A DNA stretch of 64,000 nt. Origin: Mobula hypostoma (lineage: Eukaryota). The stretch lies in NCBI RefSeq assembly GCF_963921235.1, contig NC_086097.1:39372001-39436000 (forward strand), in the 5' to 3' direction. Below are positions 52,343 through 64,000 of the stretch, in pieces. A program made the position numbers and the translations under genes. Below the pieces are notes generated by a model, which saw only the letters and a list, made by a program, of their open reading frames with translations, did not search any database and was not told the origin of the DNA. Each line of letters starts with the position of its first letter. Within the stretch, counting starts at the first letter, position 1.

Positions 52343-55300
52343 TTTTTTTTGTAATTTATTTTTTATTGAAGTTCATCATCAAACAAACATTTCCATAAGA
52401 TGTATTTCAGATATTGTACATATATATCATATAGTCATATTTGCAACAAATCTCCACATAATATGTATCTTAGAGAAAACTATGTACAAGTAGGGAGTGA
52501 TTTTTTTTAACAACATATTTGACTTGTGAGAATGAAATCAGGCCTATGAGGTGTTATGTAGTTAAACCATTTTTCCCAGTATGAATCAAATCGTTCCAAC
52601 TTATGATTAACAGATGCTGTTATCTTCTCCATTTTGTAAATGTCCATTGTAATTTCCATCCATGCATTTAGAGTTGAGCTCTCCTGTGATAACCATTTCC
52701 TGGTAAGAGTCCTTTTACCAGCCACCAGCAGTACATTCATTAAATATTTATCTCTTTTCAACCATTCTTGAGGTATATACCCAAAATATATGGTCTTACT
52801 TTCTAAGGGTATTTCACATTTAAAGATGTTTTGTAGGGTTTCCCACTCCAATAGTCTTTGATAACAGGGCATTCCCAGAAAATATAATGGTTTACATTTT
52901 GATTTCCATAATTTCTTCAGCAAACAGGGAGGTTACTATCATAATGGGATTTCTGAGAGGGTGTAATAAAATATCTTAACAAGTTTTTCCATCCAAGCTC
53001 CCTCCATTTCTGTGAACTGGTACACTTCCATTGATACCTCCATATTATTGTCCATTCTTCCTCAGATATTATTATCCCTCCTTCCTTCTCCTATTTTGTT
53101 TTAATGTATGAAGTTGAGTGTGTTTTAAGATTTGACAAACTCTTATACATGCTTGAAGTTATTCTACTACTGTTATCTGAATTATATGCTTTTCTAAATA
53201 GCTCTATAAAACATGTACTTGCCTTGGTTACATTTTTAACCATCCTATTAACATACTGTGGCATCTGTCAACACCAATAAAAGTCTTGTTTTTCTAATAT
53301 GTGTTTCTCCTTGAGCATTTCCAAACTGAACAGTGTTCCTTCTTACATTATATTGCAAAGAAATGTTATTCCTTTAGCTGTCCAGTCCTTAAATCTAGAG
53401 TCCATTTTATTTGGCGTAAAATCCGAGTCATATGCACACCATTTAAGAATTGCAATATCTCTGTCTAGTTTATGTTCTTTTATAATAGTTTTCCGTATTT
53501 TAAGAGTCCATTTCACCCATGGGTTATCAATGGTATTTATATACCTTTGTAGGTTGTTATCAGCCAAAATTGCCTGTATGGGGATGGAAAGTATCCTCTC
53601 CTCAATGTTTTTGCATTGAGCATCATATGATGGGTTGCACCAACATATCAAAGCTCTCAACTGTACTGCAAAATAATAATCTCTCAGAGAAGGTAGGCCC
53701 CATCCCCCCTTTTTCTTGGCTAATTGCAAAGTTTTGAGATGAACTCTAGGCCTTTTACCTTGCCATATATATCTTGATAACATTTTGTTCCATTCATTGA
53801 ATTGATTTTGATCAATCTCTATTGGTAGGGTCTGAGCAGTATATTCATTTTAATAGATTAAATCCTTGAACTGAGACTAAAAAAAGGAGTTAGGTTCCAT
53901 CTTGTTATATCTTCCTTAATTTTTTTATATATAGGCTGATAATTGCATTCTGATAATTTTGCCAAATCTTTTGGCATCATGATGCCCAAATATTTGAAAG
54001 ACTCTGTTTGCCATACCCAGGGATATCTACTTTCAATTTCTCTTGGTGGGCTATAGTTATATGAAAGTAATTGGGTGTTATCTATGTTGATCTTGTATCC
54101 TGATAATTGACCATTTTGTTCAAAGGATTGCATCAATTTAGGTAAAGAGTATGTTGGTTCCCCTAGATAGATCAAAATGTCATCCGTGTAACAGGCCAAT
54201 TTATGCTCTGCCCCTTTAATAATAATTCCCCTGATATCTTCATTTTGTCTGATGTATTGAGCTAATGGTTCCAGATATAATGCGAAGAGTAGCGGTGACC
54301 ATGCACAACTCTGTCTCGTAACCCTGTCTAGGGTAAAACTATTAGATAAATATCCATTGATTTTAATCCTAGCAGTAGTGTTGTCATATAGTGCCTGTAT
54401 AGTTTTAATAATTGTGTCAAGGAAACCAAATCTATGTAAAACTCTGTAAAGGAAATTCCAATTAACCGAATCAAATGCCTTTTCAGTGTCCACGCTTATC
54501 ACTATTGCTTCGATTTTATTTTTTTGTATATGATCCATAATGTGAAGTGTCCTTCATATATTGTCTTGTGTTTGGCATTGTTGTATAAAACCTGTCTGAT
54601 TCTTATGTATCAGTATGGGTAGAAACTCTTCTAATTGTTTGGCCATGATGGAGGTAAATAATCTATAATCTACATTAAGAACAGATATTGGTCTAAATGA
54701 CCCACGTTCCATTTTATCCTTGCCTTCCTTCATTTAGGTGGGGAAAAAGGAGTGAATGAATGAATAAAAAAAAATTGAGTAATATAAAATCCACATTATA
54801 ATAAGTATTTCTTGAGATAAGTATAGCACTGTCTATTTTTGCTTCCGTTTAGCTTATCAACAATTTTAAAGTTAGCCAAACTTTATGGCTTTTCTGGAGG
54901 AGGTGAGGGCTGTCTTCAGAGAACTCACAGTCTCTTCCTGATATTCTTCTCTCGCCCTCCTCCCGTCCCCTGCTTTCTCGGTTCTCTTACTATTTCCCAA
55001 GCAGATCAGGATAACTGCTCAGCCAGGCTTTCCCTTGGTTTGACCACACTGATGGGCAGCCCTCTGTTCTTCATGTCTGTAGTCGCCTCTTCCCCTGTCT
55101 GATACAGTTGCGTCCCATCTTCATAAAACAGTTTTCAGGCCGAGACCCTTCGTCAGGACTAACTGAAGGAAGAGTTAGTAAGAGTTAGTCCTGACGAAGG
55201 GTCTTGGCCTGAAACGTCGACTGTACCTCTTCCTAGAGATGCTGCCTGGCCTGCTGCATTCACCAGCAACTTTGATGTGTGTTGCTTGAATTTCCAGCAT

Positions 55301-55521
55301 CTGCAGAATTCCTGCTGTTTACTATTGAGCGCGATTTATTTTCTCTGTCTCCAGTAGGCCTCAGGCAGAGCGCACAATGTGTCCTCTCAATTTCAAGCTC
55401 CATAGTTGAGGGACACTCCAGCGCGTCCCGCAGCAACTTTCCTACAAACTCCATCATAGACAAACCTGGAGGAGGTATTGATTTAAGCTGCCATTCTGGA
55501 TGATAACGTTACTGGAAACCC
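52343..55521 (-). mobile_element. L1/Tx1-like LINE copy 2 (same family as 13445-17960), internally deleted
   Basis: Shares 5' end, ORF1 part and ORF2 3' half with copy 1; RT ORF 53858-54538; 14-bp TSD GGACGCTGCCTTTC (52329-52342, 55522-55535). Confidence 0.9.
55131..55320. mobile_element. Short fold-back Penelope-like insertion with intact-looking + strand hammerhead (about 55187-55222)
   Basis: AGTC-CTGACGA-AGGGTCTTGGCCT-GAAAC-GTC-GACT preceded by a partial inverted copy. Confidence 0.85.
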
Positions 55522-57099
55522 GGACGCTGCCTTTCGGAGACACCGCTCCCTGAAGATGTCCTGGGTACTTTGTAGGTTAGTACCCAAGATAGAGCTGACT
55601 AAATTTACAATCCTCTGCAGCTTCTTTCGATCCAGGCATAGCTCCACCACACCCTTCCATACCAGGCAGTGATGCAGCCTGTCAGAATGCTCTCCACGGT
55701 ACATCTATAGAAGTTTTTGAGTGTATTTGTTGACATACCAAATCTCTTCAAACTCCTAATGAAGTATAGCCACTGTCTTGCCTTCTTTATAACTACGTCA
55801 ATATGTTGGGACTAGGTTAGATCCTCACGAGATCTTGACACCCAGGAACTTGGAACTGCTCACTCTCTTGGCTTCCAGTCCTTCTATGAGGATTGATATG
55901 TATTCCCTCGTCTTACCCTTCCTGAAGTCCACAATCATCTCTTTCATTTACTGATGTTGAGTGCCAGGTTGCTGCTGTGGCACCACTCCACTAGTTGGCA
56001 TATCTCACTCCTGTACACACTGTTATCACCATCTGAGATTCTACCAACATTGGTTGTATCATCAGCAAATTTTTAAGTGGTATTTGAGCTATGCCTAGCC
56101 ACACAGTCATTGGTATATAGAGAGTAGAGCAGTGGGCTAAACACACATCCCTGAGGTGTACCAGTGTTGACTGTCAGAGAGGAGGCGATGTTATGACCAA
56201 TCTGCACACATTGTGGTCTTCCGCTTATGAAGTCGAGAATCCAATTGCAGAGGGAGGCACAGAGGCCCAGCTTCTGCAACTTCTCAATCAGGATTGTGGG
56301 AATGATGGTATTAAATACAGAGCTATAGTTGATGAACAGCATCCTGACATAGGTGTTTGTGTTGTCCAGGTGGTCTAAAGCCATGCGAAGAGCCATTGAG
56401 ATTGTGTTACTCATTGACCTGTTGTGGTGATAGAAAAATTGCAATGGGTCCAGGTCCTTGCTGAGGCAGGAATTCAGTCTAGTCATGACCAACCTCTCAA
56501 AACATTTCATCACCATAGATGAGCGTGCTACCGGGTGATAGTCATTAAGTCAGCTCACTTTATTCTTCTTAGGCAGTGGTATAATTGGTGCCTTTTTGAT
56601 GCAAGTGGGAACTTCAGCTTCAGTGATCTGGTTGATAATGTGGTTAACTGGATCAGCAAATTTGTGATGAAACCTAGATTAGTGGTGTAGTGGACAGTGA
56701 GGAGGCCTATCAGAGGGATCTGGACCAGCTGGAGAAATGGTGAAAATGGCAGGTGGAATTTAATGCAGACAAGTGTGCGCTTCCATTATGATGTCGGCAC
56801 ATATACATGCAGCAGTCTCTTGGGGACCAACCGAAGGTGTTTCTGTCCTTGTTAAATGTGTTTCTATATGTAGAAAGACTATTCTTACAGCAGGTCCTCC
56901 GCATCAGTAGAAAACTCAAAGGGACGAAGGCATCTTACCTTTTCCTCTTGTAACACAACACAAAAAGAGGTCATTGGGTTCATCCCAGCTCCCGTCAGGT
57001 TGGGTTGGGTGGCAAACCTCTTAGCCCAATTTCCCTATTTTCTTTGTCATTGTAGTCTAACTTTTCTATAGGAAAGTTAATTTTTCTAACTTCCCTGTT

Positions 57100-58270
57100 C
57101 AATAAATATATCTGAATATTTTGAGGGAGTGATGAAGGTGATTTATGAAGGCAGTGGAGGTTATCTTCATGAATTTTAGAAAAGGTCACCTCATGGTAGG
57201 TACATCGCATGGGGTCCTTGGTGAGCTGGGAGTTGGATCCAAAACTCATTTGGTCATAATTGATAGAGATTAATGGTAGAGTAGTTTTTTTTTTATCTGA
57301 CTGGAGGTATGTGACGAGCGATGCCCCACAAGAATCAATGTTGGGAACTTTGTTGTTTGTAATAGATATTAATGATTTGGATGAAAACGTTGGTGGTCTG
57401 ATTTGTAATTTTACAGATGACATGAAAATTGGAGTCGTTGATAGCAAGGAAGGTTGTCAAACAGATAGCAGGGTATAGATCAGTTGGAAATTTGGGTAGA
57501 GAAATGGCAGAAGGAGTTTAATCTGGACAACTGTGAGATGATACATTTTGGGAGGTCAAATGCAAGAAGAAAGCATAGAGTAAATGGAGCATTGGTGTCC
57601 AGAGGGACCTTGGGTTGCACTGAAAGTGGCAACACAAGTGGATAGAGTAGTAAAGAAGGGATACAGTATGCTTGCCTTCATTGTGCATTAAAGTTGGAAA
57701 TAATGTTACAGCTTTATAAAATTTTGGTTAGACCACATTTGGAGTATTGTTTGGCATTCTAGTTACCACACTATAAGAAGGATATAGAGGGTCTAGAAAG
57801 GGTGCAGAAAATGTTCACCTGGCTGTTGCCTGGATTAGCGTAAGTTAGTTACAAAGAGAGGTTGGACAAACTTGGATTGTTTTCTCCAGAACACTGGAGG
57901 CTGAGAAGGTGACTTGAGAGATTATATAAAATTATGAGAGGTGTAGAGAGAGTAGATAGTCAGCATTTTTCCCCAGGTAGAAATATCAAGTTATTGAAGG
58001 AATAGGTGTAAGATGGGGGTGGGGGAGGAGGGCGGAGTGTAGAGGAGATTTGTGTGGCAAGTTTTTTTGTCCAGAAAATTTTGGGTGCCTGGAGGGGAAG
58101 GTGGAGGAGACAGGTTTGACGGTGGTATTTAAGAATGAGTTAGACCGCATACCCTGAGGCCAGCAGACAGGGAATAGAGGATATGGGCTATGTGCAGGTA
58201 GGTAGATTAGATTAGATTGACAACATGGTCAGTACTAACATGATGGCTGAAGGCCTGTTCCTGTGCTGTT
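57100..58270 (+). mobile_element. Decayed CR1 3' part
   Basis: SDWRYVTSDAPQESMLGTLLFVIDINDLDE...FTDDMKIG; many lesions. Confidence 0.8.
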
Positions 58271-60016
58271 CTTTTCTAATATAAGTTCTTGTTGAGCCAT
58301 GATCACATCAGAAAGTTTGATGGGTTAGGTAGTCTGCTCCTGCTCTTATTTTTTTTTGTGTGTGATCTCGTTATTTTCCCGTATCTCTGTAAGTTTCTCA
58401 TATATGCCTCATAATTCACCTTCAGTTCCTTTGTCTCCACTGCATCTGTCCCCAGATAGGGTTTTCCTTTTCAGGAAAGCAGGCTTTCCCTTCCTCCGCT
58501 GTTGATGCATTCCTCATCCACATCTCCTCCATTTCCTGAACATCCACGCTCACCCCATATTCCCGATGCCTTAAGTGATAGAATTCTTCTTGTCCTTACC
58601 TACCACCCCATGGGCCTCCATGTCCAACACATCATCCTCTGTAACTTGTGCCATCTCCAAAGAGATCCTACCAACAAATGTACCTTTACCTCACCCTTTG
58701 CTCTCTCTGCTTTCTGCAGGGATCGCTCCCTCTGTGATTCACTTGTCTATTTGTCCATCTCGGCACATCCTTGCAAGTGGCCAAAGAGATACACCTGCCA
58801 TTCACCTCATAGACTGCTCTAGTTTATTGTTTGACAAGGAAATCAGAAGTAAACACAAGTATTCTGCTATAACGATAATGGTGTTTTAAATAGCTTTGTT
58901 TATTTTGTTACTGCAATACTAAATGCTGTTTGGGGTGTCCAGGGAGGGGTAGCACCCCTGATGGTGGGCTTGTCGAGCTCCGTGTTTGGTCCCCACCCCA
59001 CCCAGCTCTCACCTGTGGCTCCAAGTAACTGTTTGTATGTGACAGTGGCCACAACCCAGTACATTGCTTTGACAGGCAGGCTAAATAAGAACAGGGTAGC
59101 TGGGAACCTCCAACCCCAGTGAGATAGGGATATGCCTCCCCAGCATGCGAAGCCAGTTTCGGCGGACTGGGTGGATGAGATCAACTACAAGATCTAACGG
59201 CCAAGATGGTGGTGCTGCAATGCTTCGTGAAGAGCGAAGGGCATGACAAAGCACAGAAAGTGTCATGGCTATCCACTGCAGCCGAGGAAATCTCCAATCG
59301 TGACAAATTTTTGTACTATTGGACCAAAATTTTGAGACTGAAAGAGTGGAACTGCCCCAGGGCAACGGCCTTTTCACTATAAAACTCTTGCACAGGTTAC
59401 TTCATCATCAGAAAAGATGAAAAAACAACACACATTGTTTAATAGCATACCGTTGGACAAGTGTCAATATACACCATTGCTTGTCAGTTTCTCGTGGTGA
59501 AGCTACCAGCCTGTGTTCTTAAGAGACAATAGTGTCCCATTACTGCAAGGAAGACAGCTTCATTTTTCTGCTTGTCAATTTCCAAAGTAACTTGTTAGGT
59601 AATCTCTCATTTGTGATTGAATTCAACCTGTGTAAGAGAAATAGAGTTCCCTAATTCATCAATCATATTATATCCAATTCAAGTTATGGAAACATGCATT
59701 ATAGCAGAACTACCCATACTCTATATAATTGCAGTAAGATTTGTTCTAACCTTCTGGAGTACAAGCTAAGTGTGGTACATTCCAGTTCATAGGGTTGATG
59801 TTAGGAATTCTGGAAGATAGAAGCTTGGAAAGAATTCAGAAAATGTGTAGCTCGGGTGGTTGATGGTTGAGTTGCTTTGCCAAGATGGAAGAACAACTCA
59901 ACCTAACCAGATAAAAGCTTTCTGTGGTGACATCATTTAAAATTCTAGATACAAACCAGAAGGTTCAGGGTCATATTTTGAATCTCATTAAGTTCTCCAG
60001 TGCTATTTCATTGGAG

Positions 60017-61930
60017 CCCCTCAGGGCTGCGTTCTGAGTCCCCTCCTTTACTCCTGTACACCCATGACTATATCATTACCCACAGCTCCAATCTACTAAT
60101 TAGATTAGATTAGATTCAACTTTATTGTCATTGTGCCGAGTACAGATACAAACCCAATGAAATGCAGTTAGCATCTAACCAGAAATGCAAAGAATAGTGT
60201 TATTTACAAAATAACTGCGAATAAAAAGTAAGTGCTACAGCACACAAATATAAAAGTACTGAGACAGTACAATATGGGTGCAATACTGCTTAGTGCTGTG
60301 ATGTGAGGTTCAGCAGGGTCACAGCCTCAGGGAAGAAGCTGTTCCTGTGCCTGCTGGTGCGGGAGTGGAGGCTCCTGTAGCGCCTACCGGATGGGAGGAG
60401 AGTAAATTTGCTGACGACACTGCATTGATTGGCCTTACCTCAAACAATAATGAAGTGGCCTATAGGGAAGAAGTCCTCTTTCTGACACAGTGGTGTCAAG
60501 AAAACAACCTCTCCCTCAATGTCGCAAGAACAAAGGAGCTGGTTGTGGATTACAGGAGGAATGGAGATGGGTTAACCCCTATTGACATCATTGGATCTGG
60601 GGTTGAGAGGGTAAACAGCTTCAAGTTCCTTGGCATCCACATCACCGAGGATCTCACGTGGCCTGTACACACCAGTTGTGTGGTGAAAAAGGCACAACAG
60701 CGCCTGTTTCACTTCAGACAGTTGAGGAAGTTTGGTATGGAAGTATGGAAGTCTTGAGGAAGTTTCCTAAGAACTTTCTACAGGGGCACAATTAAGAGTA
60801 TCCTGACTGGCTGTATCACTGCCTGGTATGGGAACTGTACCTCCCTTAATCACAGGACTCTGCAGAGAGTGGTGCGGACATCCCAGCGCAACTGTAGTTG
60901 TGAACTTCCCATGTGTCATGAACCCTGTGACAGGTTGAAAAGGACCAGCAGAAATGGAACACACCTGGAGTCTGGTTTACTATAAATTAAGACAATATTT
61001 ATTACCACTATGAATTAATATCATTAAACTGAATAATACAATATAGGTTATAAACTATTATATATAAGCAGTTCAGTTCACTTTGTGTTGCGTCGAGTTG
61101 AATTGATGAAGAGAGAGAGAGTTAACTGAGTTGATGTTCAAGTTGGCAGCTTTAGCTGTTCTTGCTTCCGAAGTCTTCAGAGTCACTTCGTGTGACCCCC
61201 ACACAGACACAGATGGACAGAGCCCCTTCTAGGGAACGGTCTACTAACCCACGGCACGAGTTCACCACCAGCAGACCCCCACAGGCAAGCTCTTACCTGC
61301 ACTGGTAATCATGGGTCAAAATTAATCGGTCTGTCGCCTCCACCCTCGTGGTGGTCTTAAACTCCACCAGTGGTTTTTCGAGTAGCTTCCGCAGTTCTCT
61401 CGTGTCGTGTCTCCTCTGCCGTTATCATACCGAAGGATCAACATTTTTATAATCCAACCAAAATTCCAGCGTCCGTTAGTTCAACCGCTCTGAGCCGTTA
61501 CCATGGTGACTTCCCAGCTCGTGCCTCAGCTCGCGCCCTATTCTCTCTCTCTTCTAAATGCCTCCTTGTTCATTAGACTGCTGAACTTTCTAGCAGTTTC
61601 TCACCTGCGTGACACATGATTCAGGACATTTACAAGAACAGGTGTGGAAAAAGGGCCCGTAGAATCACTGGGGACCCAAACCATCTCAACCACAATCTAT
61701 TCCAGCTGCCACCATCCGGGAAATGGTACCACAGCATAAAAGCCAGGACCAACAGGCTCCGGGACAGCTTCTTCCACCAGGCCATCAGACTGATGAACTT
61801 GTGCTGATTTGAGTGTACTCCACATCGCATTGACTGTTCTATTTATTATAATTGCACATTGCACATTTAGATGGAGACGTAACGTAAAAATTTTTACACC
61901 TCCTGTGTGAAATATGTAAGAAATGAAGTC
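60017..61930 (+). mobile_element. Rex1/Babar-like LINE with nested insertions (reverse-oriented retroposon tail about 60100-60402; solo LTR)
   Basis: GAPQGCVLSPLLY, KFADDTALIG, KKAQQRLF, RTNRLRDSFFHQAIRL. Confidence 0.8.
60914..61614 (-). mobile_element. Solo LTR (701 bp) related to the Gypsy LTR at 24717
   Basis: TGTCATG...CGTGACA termini; TSD CATG (60910-60913, 61615-61618); reverse complement shares aataaa..ccagactcca..ccatttctgctgg with the Gypsy LTR 3' end. Confidence 0.85.
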
Positions 61931-62436
61931 AGTTTAATTAAGTTCTACATTTTATCTATAAACATCCAGGCTGATAGTTGGCTTGTGAACAATGGAATAA
62001 GATCAGGTTAGAAAGGAAAACAAATTAATTTGTTCAAGGTGCTTTGTGATGATATGGATTAATCAATTTTGATTGAATTTTTTTTCTTTTAACAGTGGGC
62101 TGATAATCCTCAAGGAGTTGGTACATCTTCATTGGGAAAGAGATGATAATCTAAAAAAGTTTTCATCTTTATGTTTCCAGAAAGTCTCTAAGTTGCTACA
62201 AGACAAACAAATTTGAATATGCCAAAAAAGTATGAAATCAACAACGATGTTTTTTTGACAAAATTTGCTAGGGAATATAGTACACTTGCTACTAAATAGA
62301 AACCTAAACGTAAAATGTACTGAATATTACCAGTAATACACTGAAGAGTTAATATCAAGCACTGAAGTAAAGACTTGTAGTGGGTATCTCACTCCTCACA
62401 GAGAAAAATTAGATACAGAGTTAAGACTTTACAAAT

Positions 62437-63118
62437 ATGGCAAAAATAGATCAACAATGGTTAAACCTACCTCAGGATATATTGTTGGAAGTATTCAGAT
62501 ATCTTACATTTGAAGAAAAGGCTAATGTTCGTGCAGCCTGCAAATATTTGCAACGATTGATTGACCACCCTACTTTGTGGCTGAACAGAACAATTGTCTT
62601 AAAAAGCTTACAAAACTGCAACTCATGTTTTTGGACTACACTTCGAAAAAGGAGAATAAGATCTCTGCTGATCAGGGAAGCAACTCCGAAGCAATTGCAG
62701 AAGATGGTGAATTTGATTCCGAACCTGGCTGCTGTTTCTATGGATGTGAAAGTGAACGTGGAAAGACTGCGCGCTCTGAGACCCTTGGCAAACTTACACA
62801 CACTGCAGCTGAATGATGGTTCATTAATGCTAGACCAGGAGCTGCTAAGGGAGGTGGTAAACTTCAAACAATTGACAACCTTGGTTTTATGTTCTTTGGT
62901 GTCTGGCCACAGCAGGTCTCTGTGCCTCCTCGCAGAATTAAAAAAGTTGCAGTCTTTGACACTTCACGCGAGGCAGAAGGGCCCTTCTTTGTCAGCCATT
63001 CAGTATATTTTGTTCCGGTTGCCAAAACTGAGAGAGCTATCATTGAGTTCAGTGGACACATGGGAAAACTTGTCATTGTGCTTTACAGCACCAGAATGGA
63101 AGACCCCCGAAGAGGCAG
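62437..63118 (+). CDS. F-box protein with leucine-rich repeat-like region, first coding exon
   Basis: N-terminal F-box LPQDILLEVFRYL..EEKANVRAACKYLQRLIDHPTLW, then LxxLxxLxL repeats; in-frame TAA at 62422 upstream; acceptor (T)n-aacAG at 62095; donor CAG|GTATGA at 63119. Confidence 0.88.
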
Positions 63119-63593
63119 GTATGAAAAAGAGCACAGATAATTCTGATAATCGTATAAACTATGAAAAACACCAGTTATTTCTCAAGTATGCCATCTATAG
63201 ACGTGAGGTGTCATGCATCACATTACGGATTTCACCCACTTAAAAACACAGACCAACTGGGAAAAATAAATCTAGATGATAATTCCCCACCTCCTTAAGC
63301 AATCTTCTATATGAACAGCAATAAAAACGTTTTGAAAATTAGAACCAAGGAACGTTTTTTCCATTTATAAATATAAACATGAAGGATTATGTTTGCAGAC
63401 TAAGGAAGCAAAATAGAATGACAGTAAATTACAACTCTTTATCAGTCCATGTAGAATGACAGAAATAGAGTTAGTAATGTGTTTAAACCTGTATCTTTCA
63501 GACAATCTATCTTTTAAAATCTTCATTAAGTTGGCTCTTTCAATCACAACTATTTAAATATCAGCAGATTTTCCTTTACTTAGTGATACGTTC

Positions 63594-64000
63594 CAGAGTA
63601 GGTAGAGCACAGAGTAGGTACAGTGCAGAGTAGGTATATTACAGAGTAGTTACAGTGCAGAGTAGGTATATTACAGAGTAGATACAGTGCAGAGTAGGTA
63701 TATTACAGAGTAGGTAGAGTGCAGAGTAGGTGTATTACAGAGTATGTAGAGTGCAGAGTAGGTGTATTACAGAGTAGTTACAGTGCAGAGTAGGTATATT
63801 ACAGAGTAGCTATATTACAGAGTAGGTACAGTGCAGAGTAGGTATATTACAGAGTAGGTAGAGTGCAGAGTAGGTGTATTACAGAGTAGGTAGAGTGCAG
63901 AGTAGGTGTATTACAGTGTAGTTACAGTGCAGAGTAGGTAGAGTGCGGAGTAGGTGTGCAGAGTAGGTATATTACAGAGTAGGTACAGTGCAGAGTAGGT
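63594..64000 (+). repeat. 16-bp minisatellite, runs off the right window edge
   Basis: Units CAGAGTAGGT + ACAGTG / AGAGTG / ATATTA / GTATTA. Confidence 0.95.

Larger units (their letters stand above)
52010..56625 (-). mobile_element. Rex1/Babar-like LINE split by L1 copy 2
   Basis: ORF 56073-56516 [41 protein letters not shown]; 3' part at 52010-52342. Confidence 0.8.

Noticed and set aside
63119..63243. C-terminal extension of the 268-aa F-box ORF
   Set aside because: Follows a consensus CAG|GTATGA donor and loses the leucine-rich pattern; most likely intron read-through
63594..64000. CRISPR-like or centromeric array
   Set aside because: No unique spacers, eukaryotic intronic context; a simple minisatellite

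Overview
Repeat-dense vertebrate genomic DNA, probably from a cartilaginous fish (ray-like, inferred from the CR1/Penelope/Rex1/RTE repeat mix). The minus strand carries the 5' part of MIS18BP1 (KNL2/M18BP1). I traced ten coding exons with consistent splice phases, from 41813 off the left edge of the window. They encode the N-terminal TP/SPxKxF motifs, the SANTA domain and a CENP-C-like motif. A likely non-coding first exon and a CCAAT/CHR promoter sit near 50.2-50.3 kb. A divergently oriented F-box/leucine-rich gene begins on the + strand (coding 62437-63118) and may share that promoter. The remainder is nested transposable elements: a two-LTR, internally deleted Gmr1-like Gypsy element, a related solo LTR, RTE, CR1, L1/Tx1-like and Rex1-like LINEs, Tigger/Tc1-type DNA elements, a tRNA-SINE, many Penelope-like insertions carrying minimal hammerhead ribozymes (often as fold-back inverted repeats), and a 16-bp minisatellite. 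I see no evidence for a wholly new multi-gene system. The most interesting items are the ribozyme-bearing fold-back insertions, the putative bidirectional promoter with a poorly characterised F-box gene, and the M18BP1 motif content.
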